Shown here piece after piece: positions 14,701-26,732 of a stretch of DNA of 64,000 bases. Every line of letters starts with the position of its first letter. Positions within the stretch are counted from its first letter, which is position 1. Below the pieces are notes generated by a model. That model was not told the DNA's origin and did not search any database. It saw only the letters and a program-made list of their open reading frames with translations. Position numbers and translations under genes: made by a program. The DNA comes from Botryllus schlosseri (taxonomy: Eukaryota): positions 32,986,001 through 33,050,000 of the forward strand of contig CM119371.1 in NCBI GenBank assembly GCA_051294905.1, given 5' to 3'.

Positions 14701-16249
14701 AGCAGACTGTAATCTGTAAATCAAGCTTACATCCGACTTGTAACTGTATCGTTTACCTAACCGAGTTGTATGCACAGTTTGATATCTTTTGTTATTTGGT
14801 AATTGCTGAATATACTACTTCGAAATACTCCCTTGAACGTAATTTCCATCATCGTAATAATCGAAGTACATTTGTGTCGAATTCGTAACAGCCGACTATG
14901 ACATGATAAATTTTTGACAAGTTATGCTTGGAAGATTGGTTGTATATCACGAAAAATAATTACCGCTCATATTGATACTGTTATCCATTGTTCGGTATTT
15001 TCAAACGAGTAAAATTTATTACTTGAGTTACTCCGCTTAATGCAAATGTAAACACAACCGTCTTTCAACATCACAAAGACATCGATACAAAGTATACAAT
15101 CAAACGCAACAAGTTTTACTTTTGTAGGTTGTGTATGGTTATCCTGCATAACTCATTTCTTACCAAAGCCATATGAAATATATTCATGTTACACGAAAAT
15201 ATTCACTCATGCTACAAACCTGTACAATGATTGGTGGTGCTTTCAAACTGTTTCGATACCTCAAGAACTTTATTGTCTGAATGGTTGTTCATGTATCGTA
15301 ATAATCAAGTAGTTCAACACAGAACTAGTATTAACAGAAACACCAGAGTTGTTTACACAAAAGTTTGTATGTGTACAGTATACGAATACCATGTGTAAGT
15401 CCAGCACAATTGTGGTATCCATACGAGTTTAGTTAACACAATTTACGACACCGAGGTCGCGTCATCTTTCGTAAGACAACAAACCAAGGCTTCAGGATAT
15501 GTCCATGTCATAGCAATGAATCGGCTACTCCAACAACAGAGTGCATATGTTTTCTAGTTATGGTGCTTACATCTTACACACAAATCAATTGACTTTGCTA
15601 ACGAAAAGTGGTGAGTCATCATATGGTTATCCTCACTAGTAAAACATACTATCATACAAAACGGTCGTTATAGTTTGCACACCAACGGTACATCGTACAA
15701 GTAACAAGTCTCGAGAATCCAGTTATTCAAAAAGCGTGAAAGTATTTCTACACCAAGTCGTTATGTTGACGAAAGCGTATATTGTAATATCATGATCGAT
15801 TTGCATTCGTTGGTCACAAACTGTCACTACTCTAAATAATTCTTTTTCACTCAAACACAAACGCATACTTGTCACCATTCGTTTTCATCAAGTACGAGTT
15901 CAAGAAACTTACTACGACATGAACTTTTATTTTTATGTTGTGTAAATAGGTAATAATTATTTCAAGTAACACTATATCAACATCATCGCGTTGTGCTAAT
16001 AGATTTACATGTGGTCTTGTGGTTTTCATCGGGACATACAGCACGAACTAACTGTAGACTCCTCTCTGTTGTACAGCTACTCGGTAATCGAAATGCATTA
16101 ACATGTAAACAACGATCTTGTTTCGTCACACCAAAAATATGTTCACTGTCGCGATACTCCGCACAAGACGTGCATAGCCTTTTCACACTCGTAATAGTAT
16201 ACCAACGTCAAGCGATAACGTTTAACAAGACCAACGACACTGAACCCAC

Positions 16250-16770
16250 GACGTTTACCTATGTAAAATTACCACTTTCACTTGCCAGTCCATCGTTTAC
16301 CTGACTAAACATATTATTTTCCTTTGGAGATCTGATGTTTACCCAGAGTAAGAAACCTTTTTCACTTGGAAATCTATTTTTTCCTTGGCTAACAAACCTT
16401 TTTTCACTTGTAAATATATTTTTTCCTTGGCTAACAAACCTTTTTTCACTTGGAAATCTATTTTTTCTCTGGTTAACAAACCTTTTTCCCCGGGTAACAA
16501 ACCTTTTTCCCTGAGCAACAAGCCATTTTCACTTGGTGGTCCGTCGTTTACCTGAGTAAAAATATCATTTTCCTTTGGGGATCTGGCGTTTACCCAGTGT
16601 AACAATACATTTTCGCTTGGAAAAATACTTTTACCTAGAGTAACTAATCATTTTCCCCTGGGTAACAATCCCTTTTCGTCTGGAAACTATCATTTAACTG
16701 AGTACCAATACCGTTTTCACTTGGAAATACATTTTTTCCCTTGGTAACAATACCATTTTCGTTTTGAAAA
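16250..16770. repeat. ~39-41-bp minisatellite in the inner arm (mirror ~19137-19657)
   Basis: Units resembling TTTTCACTTGGAAATCTATTTTTTCCTTGGCTAACAAACC. Confidence 0.85.
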
Positions 16771-17239
16771 CTGACAACCACACCGGTCAATTTGATATTT
16801 TTGTATATTGTTACAACGAACAGTGACGGAAATATACACAGACTACCGGTTTCAGAGTACACCCCATCGGTCGTATCACGTCAATATCATCGGTTAACCA
16901 CATACAATATACTCTTGTACACCGAAATGCACGCTTTGGAAAATTGGACAATAGGCTGCGATAGTTCTGTGATGTCCGGGTTCGTGCTTTAGATTTTCCA
17001 GAGTCAAAATGTCTGAATAAAACACCTCCTCGACGACGGTTGGTATGTGGATAACGGTGTTCGGAAAACGGTTGGATTTATGTCACCCATCGCGATAACA
17101 ATTCCAGGTCGAGTTTTCCTCCCGCATGTTTACTATATTGTGTCTTTATTGGTCAATGTATGTCTCGACATTCAGTTTGAAATCGGAAATGATAAAGTAT
17201 GTAACCGGATCCGGATATCAACTCTGAATCGATAAACCA

Positions 17240-17749
17240 ATGAACAATATTCAAAGTAAACATGTTACACCCTGTGTTTCCACGAAAAAATACCATCCAG
17301 ACATACGTCGCGCTTGTTTGCCCTCATCAGTATACGCCCAAATGGAGATGTGTGACATTGCATGCAATGTGTTGGTATACAAACATCGATCCACAGACAT
17401 TATCATAGCCGGTAGTTTTGATGTAGATCGAATGTCACCTGATAACAATGTCATACCAATAAGCCACATTGCAATGACTCTGGGTCTGCGCTATTACATC
17501 GATATTTCGACACCGTTCACTGATTTACTCGATGGTGTTATCGTGTTGTTACATTGCAAGATAGTCATGACCCTATCTCCCGACAGATCACCCAGACCAA
17601 TTGGATACATCGTCAATATCCGTCGTGTTGTCGACACCGAAATTTTCTGTTGTACAGCGTTTGACCAATGTGAACTATCGAAGTACGGTGCTCGAAATGA
17701 TTGCGATCAGTCTTTCACTAAATCACGGGATGTCGCTACTCCCACATAA
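17240..17749 (+). CDS. Hypothetical 169-aa ORF crossing the arm/spacer boundary of the inner element; possible remnant of the parent's interior
   Basis: ATG start and longest ORF in the element; its first 80 codons are mirrored and truncated in the right arm (18427-18667); no recognisable motif. Confidence 0.3.
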   Translation: MNNIQSKHVTPCVSTKKYHPDIRRACLPSSVYAQMEMCDIACNVLVYKHRSTDIIIAGSFDVDRMSPDNNVIPISHIAMTLGLRYYIDISTPFTDLLDGVIVLLHCKIVMTLSPDRSPRPIGYIVNIRRVVDTEIFCCTAFDQCELSKYGARNDCDQSFTKSRDVATPT

Positions 17750-20700
17750 CGACTCCAGGTAAATATCGTGAACAGTGATTCTGAAAATCTCGGACTGATA
17801 CTGTGATCCAATAAGGTGTGTTTCTGTGGGATCTGCAATCGTACACCACAATAGAACACTACCTCGTGATTTCACACGCAATCATAAAACACACTTTTGT
17901 AAGGGTCCAATTCGTCCGGTGACATTTCGAAACGGTCATCGCTACAAGAGATCGGGTTGGTCTCGTCATATCGGTAGCATTTTGACACTGTCATCACCAC
18001 AAGGCTATTGACGTCGTTTCGGTTCGTCATGTCAATCCGTTTTATAATTTACCGTTTTTCAACTCCCCGCACCATAGTGTTACGACACAGACAAGAAGCA
18101 TCGGTGGAAATAATAAAACACGGAAGGCACACTTTGGTGTTATTTGACATGGATTTTACACCTGACGAACCTCACATTCGAGCGATGTATTTGAATGGCG
18201 ATTGTATTATTGATGTCCAAGGAAAAGAAATGTATCGATTTATCGGTTTCGTACATATCCAACAAAAACTTGGGTGTATGATTGTGCACGGTTCACATAT
18301 TTGACTGTGATCACAATATTGGTATGTACTGTACAGTTCACTTTCTCTGTCAAAGGTAGTCGTGCGAATACCCATGTTACGGTTTCTATGTTTGTGTGTC
18401 TGTATGTCATGCTTCAGATTGACTCCGAGTCATTGCAATGTGGCTTATTGGTATGACATTGTTATCAGGTGACATTCGATCTACATCAAAACTACCGGCT
18501 ATGATAATGTCTGTGGATCGATGTTTGTATACCAACACATTGCATGCAATGTCACACATCTCCATTTGGGCGTATACTGATGAGGGCAAACAAGCGCGAC
18601 GTATGTCTGGATGGTATTTTTTCGTGGAAACACAGGGTGTAACATGTTTACTTTGAATATTGTTCATTGGTTTATCGATTCAGAGTTGATATCCGGATCC
18701 GGTTACATACTTTATCATTTCCGATTTCAAACTGAATGTCGAGACATACATTGACCAATAAAGACACAATATAGTAAACATGCGGGAGGAAAACTCGACC
18801 TGGAATTGTTATCGCGATGGGTGACATAAATCCAACCGTTTTCCGAACACCGTTATCCACATACCAACCGTCGTCGAGGAGGTGTTTTATTCAGACATTT
18901 TGACTCTGGAAAATCTAAAGCACGAACCCGGACATCACAGAACTATCGCAGCCTATTGTCCAATTTTCCAAAGCGTGCATTTCGGTGTACAAGAGTATAT
19001 TGTATGTGGTTAACCGATGATATTGACGTGATACGACCGATGGGGTGTACTCTGAAACCGGTAGTCTGTGTATATTTCCGTCACTGTTCGTTGTAACAAT
19101 ATACAAAAATATCAAATTGACCGGTGTGGTTGTCAGTTTTCAAAACGAAAATGGTATTGTTACCAAGGAAAAAAATGTATTTCCAAGTGAAAACGGTATT
19201 GGTACTCAGTTAAATAATAGTTTCCAGACGAAAAGGGATTGTTACCCAGGGGAAAATGATTAGTTACTCTAGGTAAAAGTATTTTTCCAAGCGAAAATGT
19301 ATTGTTACACTGGGTAAACGCCAGATCCCCAAAGGAAAATGATATTTTTACTCAGGTAAACGACGGACCACCAAGTGAAAATGGCTTGTTGCTCAGGGAA
19401 AAAGGTTTGTTACCCGGGGAAAAAGGTTTGTTAACCAGAGAAAAAATAGATTTCCAAGTGAAAAAAGGTTTGTTAGCCAAGGAAAAAATATATTTACAAG
19501 TGAAAAAAGGTTTGTTAGCCAAGGAAAAAATAGATTTCCAAGTGAAAAAGGTTTCTTACTCTGGGTAAACATCAGATCTCCAAAGGAAAATAATATGTTT
19601 AGTCAGGTAAACGATGGACTGGCAAGTGAAAGTGGTAATTTTACATAGGTAAACGTCGTGGGTTCAGTGTCGTTGGTCTTGTTAAACGTTATCGCTTGAC
19701 GTTGGTATACTATTACGAGTGTGAAAAGGCTATGCACGTCTTGTGCGGAGTATCGCGACAGTGAACATATTTTTGGTGTGACGAAACAAGATCGTTGTTT
19801 ACATGTTAATGCATTTCGATTACCGAGTAGCTGTACAACAGAGAGGAGTCTACAGTTAGTTCGTGCTGTATGTCCCGATGAAAACCACAAGACCACATGT
19901 AAATCTATTAGCACAACGCGATGATGTTGATATAGTGTTACTTGAAATAATTATTACCTATTTACACAACATAAAAATAAAAGTTCATGTCGTAGTAAGT
20001 TTCTTGAACTCGTACTTGATGAAAACGAATGGTGACAAGTATGCGTTTGTGTTTGAGTGAAAAAGAATTATTTAGAGTAGTGACAGTTTGTGACCAACGA
20101 ATGCAAATCGATCATGATATTACAATATACGCTTTCGTCAACATAACGACTTGGTGTAGAAATACTTTCACGCTTTTTGAATAACTGGATTCTCGAGACT
20201 TGTTACTTGTACGATGTACCGTTGGTGTGCAAACTATAACGACCGTTTTGTATGATAGTATGTTTTACTAGTGAGGATAACCATATGATGACTCACCACT
20301 TTTCGTTAGCAAAGTCAATTGATTTGTGTGTAAGATGTAAGCACCGTAACTAGAAAACATATGCACTCTGTTGTTGGAGTAGCCGATTCATTGCTATGAC
20401 ATGGACATATCCTGAAGCCTTGGTTTGTTGTCTTACGAAAGATGACGCGACCTCGGTGTCGTAAATTGTGTTAACTAAACTCGTAGGGATACCACAATTG
20501 TGCTGGACTTACACATGGTATTCGTATACTGTACACATACAAACTTTTGTGTAAACAACTCTGGTGTTTCTGTTAATACTAGTTCTGTGTTGAACTACTT
20601 GATTATTACGATACATGAACAACCATTCAGACAATAAAGTTCTTGAGGTATCGAAACAGTTTGAAAGCACCACCAATCATTGTACAGGTTTGTAGCATGA

Positions 20701-23700
20701 GTGAATATTTTCGTGTAACATGAATATATTTCATATGGCTTTGGTAAGAAATGAGTTATGCAGGATAACCATACACAACCTACAAAAGTAAAACTTGTTG
20801 CGTTTGATTGTATACTTTGTATCGATGTCTTTGTGATGTTGAAAGACGGTTGTGTTTACATTTGCATTAAGCGGAGTAACTCAAGTAATAAATTTTACTC
20901 GTTTGAAAATACCGAACAATGGATAACAGTATCAATATGAGCGGTAATTATTTTTCGTGATATACAACCAATCTTCCAAGCATAACTTGTCAAAAATTTA
21001 TCATGTCATAGTCGGCTGTTACGAATTCGACACAAATGTACTTCGATTATTACGATGATGGAAATTACGTTCAAGGGAGTATTTCGAAGTAGTATATTCA
21101 GCAATTACCAAATAACAAAAGATATCAAACTGTGCATACAACTCGGTTAGGTAAACGATACAGTTACAAGTCGGATGTAAGCTTGATTTACAGATTACAG
21201 TCTGCTGATGTAAAGCTCGACTACTCCACTGTGTTTATTGCAAAGTATTTGACACAAACAAAATATTGAACGAAGGTCCACCACTTGGTTTCATTACAAG
21301 GTGAGTGAAAATTGTTTTCTGTTGGTCAGGTATGATTTGCATTTAGAAAAACGATCTACACCGATTAAGCGACGCTGTTTCATATCTGATGAGTGAGTGA
21401 AATTTCCTTATGGTTTGATTTAGCGAGTTAATTATCGGTGATTCAATCAGATACAAGTAAGATCTTTAGTGACAGAGTATTGTGATGACATTTACTTTAG
21501 CGAATGACAACGGAAAAATTTTCGATTACATTGTCGGTGTATGTGTGTGTGTTAGACAAATATTTCTAGTACACCTAACCATAGGGTACATTTGGCAAAC
21601 ATCGTTCACATTGTTTCGTTGTGATGGTAACGACTTTCAGCGGTTTGGTTTCATGTCGGGAATTATTATTTGGGGGTTCAAAAACAATCAATACTACAAA
21701 TGAACAACAATGCAAAACACGTTAAGTGAATTACAGTGTAGCAAGTACTTCCTTAATATTACGATTGTTGTGCCCTAGACATTTCTAGTTGAATTGAATG
21801 CGTCGAGCAAACATATTCAATTTACTTTTGTAATGATCAAAGTCTTAGAGTGCAACCTCGTGATATTTTACATTTAGCACGTTCTATAGAAAGTGTGAAC
21901 GGAGTTGAGTATTAATCGTGTACTTGGGATAGTGCTTTGATATCAAAGATATATTTTCACACTGTGTAATGTTTCGATTCTCTGTTGTGAATACCTCCAG
22001 TAACGACGTTGATGTTAAACCCTCACTCTTGGTCATTGTAAGCGAATCCTAAACATCGCAACAGTCGGTATGGAAATCGAACGCATGCATACTTTTAGAT
22101 AGGCGACACTAACAAGTTTATTACATCCGTGAAATACTCTGAAACGTCGATTCGTGATTGTGTTAGCTATATTCATCTTCTATATCTGTGGACACAAAGA
22201 ATTCTTAACTTTGGTTACAGCTCATTCGTAACGAATTGTTGCGTGTAATCTAGAAAAGCACAAGTCGAAGACGAATGATTTGATTTCAATAAACTAAAAA
22301 AAAAATCCTTTTGTTTTGATGTTGGATTTAATACAATTTGTATGACTATACCGAATCCGAAAGTGCAATGTTACTTTAGTAGAAAAATTGGATGACTCGC
22401 ATTTTGATATTGATAGATGTGTAGAGTAATATGACTAGTTTATAAAATCTCGGTAATGTTTTTTTGTCATGTCTGTGATCAACAAATATGTGATCAAGTC
22501 TTACCATTCGATATTAACTTTCGCAGTCGGTGTAATTTGTTGAAGTAACAATACCGACGAGTCCAATAATATTCTCCATCGATGTATTCGAATAATCCGT
22601 CAGCTGCAAGCGGATTTAAAACTTGATGCTGTTTCGCGGTTAACTCAAGTCAGTGGTCGTGCTTGTGTTGATTTCAGGAATGATCATGACGAGTTGCCTG
22701 GGTAGATTAGTTAATGTGGTTGTAACTACGACCGTACAGAGTTGCTGACACCCCAATATCTTTTACGCTGTAATATACGGATTTAATTGTGATAAATTAA
22801 TTCTCAGTTATTGTTCGGACATTCAAATCTCGTATACTCAAAATATAATATGTCCAAGTCAAATCGTATATGTACCGATTAGTAAATACTTTGTCTTCAG
22901 AATAGTAACGACCTTTACAATCGAATAAAAAAGACCGATCATACGAATACAGCCAGGATGAATTAATTCAAGTTTGTGAGTTGTAGTGATATAATCAAGT
23001 AAGTGAAAACTAGATTTATTGGTAATGTTGTGAAGAATTCTTTTGAGTATGGTAAGAGGTTAAAATATCTCTTTGACAAACGGAAAGCGGGATCGCGAAT
23101 AGAGTTGCAATGTTTCATTACTTGTTTCAAATCAATGTGCATATAATATCGAAATGGGACTGTGGGAAAGTTGGTAGTCATGTTTGTCAATCCTATTTCA
23201 ATTCACACTACGCCAAAGTCAAAATATTTCGTATCGGATTATCTCAATTTACCTATAGAACATCTCGCGAATGGATTCCGACACCGTACTATAACTAGAT
23301 CGCTATGTCTGATGCATTATCGCGTCACCGACGTAGGATTTTACAATTATTTCACACCTTTTTTGAATAAGCGTCAACTTCACAGAGGTTGGGGCAGAAA
23401 TAAGTGAAAATTTGTCGGTATTCGAATCACCGTCTACGCCGGCTCTGTTATTCGTTACTTATTAAATTTTACCAGTGAAATCCGGTTCTGTGACAAACTA
23501 AGTACCAAAATAGTATCTTGTGAGTGATTGGGATGTATGTAACAGCAAGTCGCGAAAGATGGTTATGTCCGAGACAATATCTTGTCAGCGATCGCGGGGT
23601 TTGCAACCTAATTCACACCTTTTTGAAGTGTTAGTTTGTGAACGCGGCTATTGTTGGTATCACCGTCTACGCCGGTTATGTGACAAACTTATTACCAAAA

Positions 23701-25059
23701 TATTACTTGTGCGTGATTCCTATCTTTGTAACATCAAACCACGAGAGATGGCTATTCTGATGTGCTATCTTGTGAGTGGTCGTAGGAAATATTTCACACC
23801 TTTTTGGGGTGTTAGTATGTGAACGCGGTATTGTTGGTATTCGAATCGTCGTCTACACCGCTCTGTGGTAAACTAAATAGCAAAACATTACCATGCGACT
23901 GATTCGAAAATTGCGCTATCGCGGTGAAGTCACGACTGTGAACAGCAGACTATTCTGTAGGTGCGAAACAGCGGTATACAAGGTGCGAATAATCCGATCT
24001 GAAAGTACTATTCAGGTTACGTAGAAATCAATAGCGACGAAAGACTTAGAACACGATCGGTCATTTGTCACGACTAAACTACATCATATATAATAATTTA
24101 CGATATACACATTAACAAAGGTTCATTCACGTGACTATTTACTTGATACATATTCAACACCGTGCGAGAGATGTCTATACCCGAAAGGGTGATTCACGAC
24201 CGCATCCATAAGAACACATGGCGAGTCACCACAGATCCCGTAAGAATACATGACAGGCGAATCACCACCACCGCCTATAGCAAAAAAGGCGAGTCACGAC
24301 CACGAGTTTTCACGGCGAATCACGACCGCAGCCTATACCCGAAAGTACAAATCACCGCCGCGGCCATAAGAATAACGATATATTGAAGTCGCATTCACCG
24401 TAAACATTGGGATTCCCTCGAATACGAGACGGCAGGTCATCGCCGCAGCCTATACCGAAAGGGTGGGGTCACCAACACGAGTTTTCAAGGTATATCATCA
24501 CCGCAGCCTATACCCGAAAGGGTGGTATCATCACCGCGCCCATAAGAAACAATGGCAGGTCACCACCACATGGGGGGTCTAAAAGGGTGGGGTCATCACC
24601 CCGGGTTTTCAGGCAGGTCACCACCCCGCCCATAAGAGCCCATAGCCCGTCACGAGCGATCTATATAACTACTATCGACTTCTGTTTACGGCGTTAGTGT
24701 GTGCATGTCATACATGTGGGGGTCCGTATTAAAATGGAAACGACACGACTGAATGTAAGGAGGTAGAGGTCTATCGCATAGATTTACATGTGGTCTTCGC
24801 TACGGTTTCAAAAAAACCAATCATCTCTTTTGCATTGATCGATACCGAGCAAGTTAGTTAATGACCATGATTGTGTTTGTCATATTCGAATGATAGGGTT
24901 ACTGTCAAATCTACACACAACAACCTTCTGGCACTCATAATAGCAATTTCATTCTCTCCCTTCGTAATTGTATATTCACGACGACAAGTATATTGTACAA
25001 CTCCACAGCTACGTTTAACAAGACCAACAACACTGAACCCACGATGTTTACCTATGTAA

Positions 25060-25500
25060 AATTACCACTTTCACTTGGCAGTCCATCGTTTACCTGACTA
25101 AACATATCATTTTCCTTTGGAGATCTGACGTTTACCCAGAGTAAGAAACCTTTTTCGCTTGGAAATATATTTTTTCCCTGGGTAACAAACCTTTTTCGCT
25201 TGGAAATATATTTTTTCCCTGGGTAACAAACCTTTTTTCACTTGGAAATATATTTTTTCCCTCAGCAACAAACCATTTTCACTTGGAAATATATGTTTTT
25301 TATCCCTGAGCAACAAACCATTTTCACTTGGAAATATATTTTTCCCTCAACAACAAACCATTTTCACTCGGCGGTCCGTCGTTTACCTTAGTATAAACAT
25401 CATTTTCATTTGGAGATCTGGCGTTTACCCAGTGTAACAATACAGGCTCACTTGGCCATCTAGCTTTTCCTAGAGCGGCAATACCGTTTTCACTTGGAAC
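25060..25500. repeat. ~39-41-bp minisatellite in the outer left arm (mirror ~27540-28025)
   Basis: Units resembling TTTTC(A/G)CTTGGAAATATATTTTTTCCCTGGGTAACAAACC; homologous to 16250-16770. Confidence 0.85.
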
Positions 25501-26113
25501 TCTGACAACCACACCCGGCAATTTGCAATTTGTTGTATTGACGACAGTTGGAAATTGATTACAACGAACAGTGACGAAAATATACACGGACAACCGGTTT
25601 CAGAGTATACCCGCATCGGTCGTATCACATCAATATCATCGGTTAACCATCATACAATATACTCTTGTACACCGAAATGCATGTTTTGGAAATTGGACAA
25701 TAGGCTTCGATAGGTCTGTGATGTCCGGGTTCGTGCTTTGGATTGTCCAGAGTCAAAATGTCTGAATTAAACACCCCTCGGCGACATTGGTAACTGGTTG
25801 GTACACGGATAATGGTGTTCGGAAAACGGATGAATTTATGTTCCCATCGCGCTAACAACCCCGGGTTACTTGTGAGTTTCCTCAGGTCTGTTTACTATAT
25901 TGTGTCTTTACCGGTCACTACATGTCGCTCCAGTCAACTGAAACCGGATGACTATAAGAAAGTATGTGGACCGGATCCGGCTATTCACTCATGAACCAAC
26001 GACCAATATTTAAGTTACAGACCGTGTTTTGTCTCCAAGAAAAATACCAATGCATACACCACATCAAGTACGTCACGATTGTTCACAAGTATTCGCGTAA
26101 ACGAGGTGTACAT

Positions 26114-26732
26114 TAGGGCTGTTCAAAAATAACCTTTTTTCCTTAATCTTGCGGGCTACTTGATTAAATCGTTAGGTTGCCTTAAAAAACGACGCACACC
26201 AAATTTGAATTCATTCCAACCAATATTCGCGGTTTACGTAGAGTTTGAAAATTTTGAATTTGCCCAGAAACGCAAAAAAATTTTTTTTTCAAATTTTTCT
26301 GCCAACCCCATGAAATTGTTGGGCTGTCTTCAAAGACTATGCAAAACAAATTTTACTCAATTCCAAGCCGTAGAAGTGGAGTTATTCCAGTTTTTCTTTG
26401 ATAATTCTGGGATTATCCTTGATCGGGGGATAATCCCAGAATTATCAAAGAAAAACTGGAATAACTCCACTTCTACGGCTTGGAATTGAGTAAAATTTGT
26501 TTTGCATAGTCTTTGAAGACAGCCCAACAATTTCATGGGGTTGGCAGAAAAATTTGAAAAAAAAAATTTTTTGCGTTTCTGGGCAAATTTAAAATTTTCA
26601 AACTCTACGTAAACCGCGAATATTGGTTGGAATGAATTCAAATTTGGTGTGCGTCGTTTTTTAAGGCAACCTAACGATTTAATCAAGTAGCCCGCAAGAT
26701 TAAGGAAAAAAAGTTATTTTTGAACAGCCCTA
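26114..26732. mobile_element. Fully palindromic hAT-type MITE, 619 bp
   Basis: Termini TAGGGCTGTTCAAAAA / TTTTTGAACAGCCCTA; perfect 8-bp TSD GTGTACAT (26106-26113, 26733-26740); self-complementary around ~26423; absent from the mirror arm. Confidence 0.93.

Larger units (their letters stand above)
11234..24673. mobile_element. Inner giant fold-back element with Polinton/Maverick-type ends, non-autonomous, 13,440 bp
   Basis: Starts AGTAGTTATATAGATCGCTCG and ends CGAGCGATCTATATAACTACT; perfect 6-bp TSD ATCGAC (11228-11233, 24674-24679). Arms 11234-17480 and 18427-24673 are near-identical reverse complements (mirror ORF coordinates sum to 35907); spacer 17481-18426. Confidence 0.92.

Noticed and set aside
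16339..16605. REKIDFQVKKGLL repeat protein
   Set aside because: Translation of a 39-bp minisatellite; the frame breaks in the homologous outer arrays
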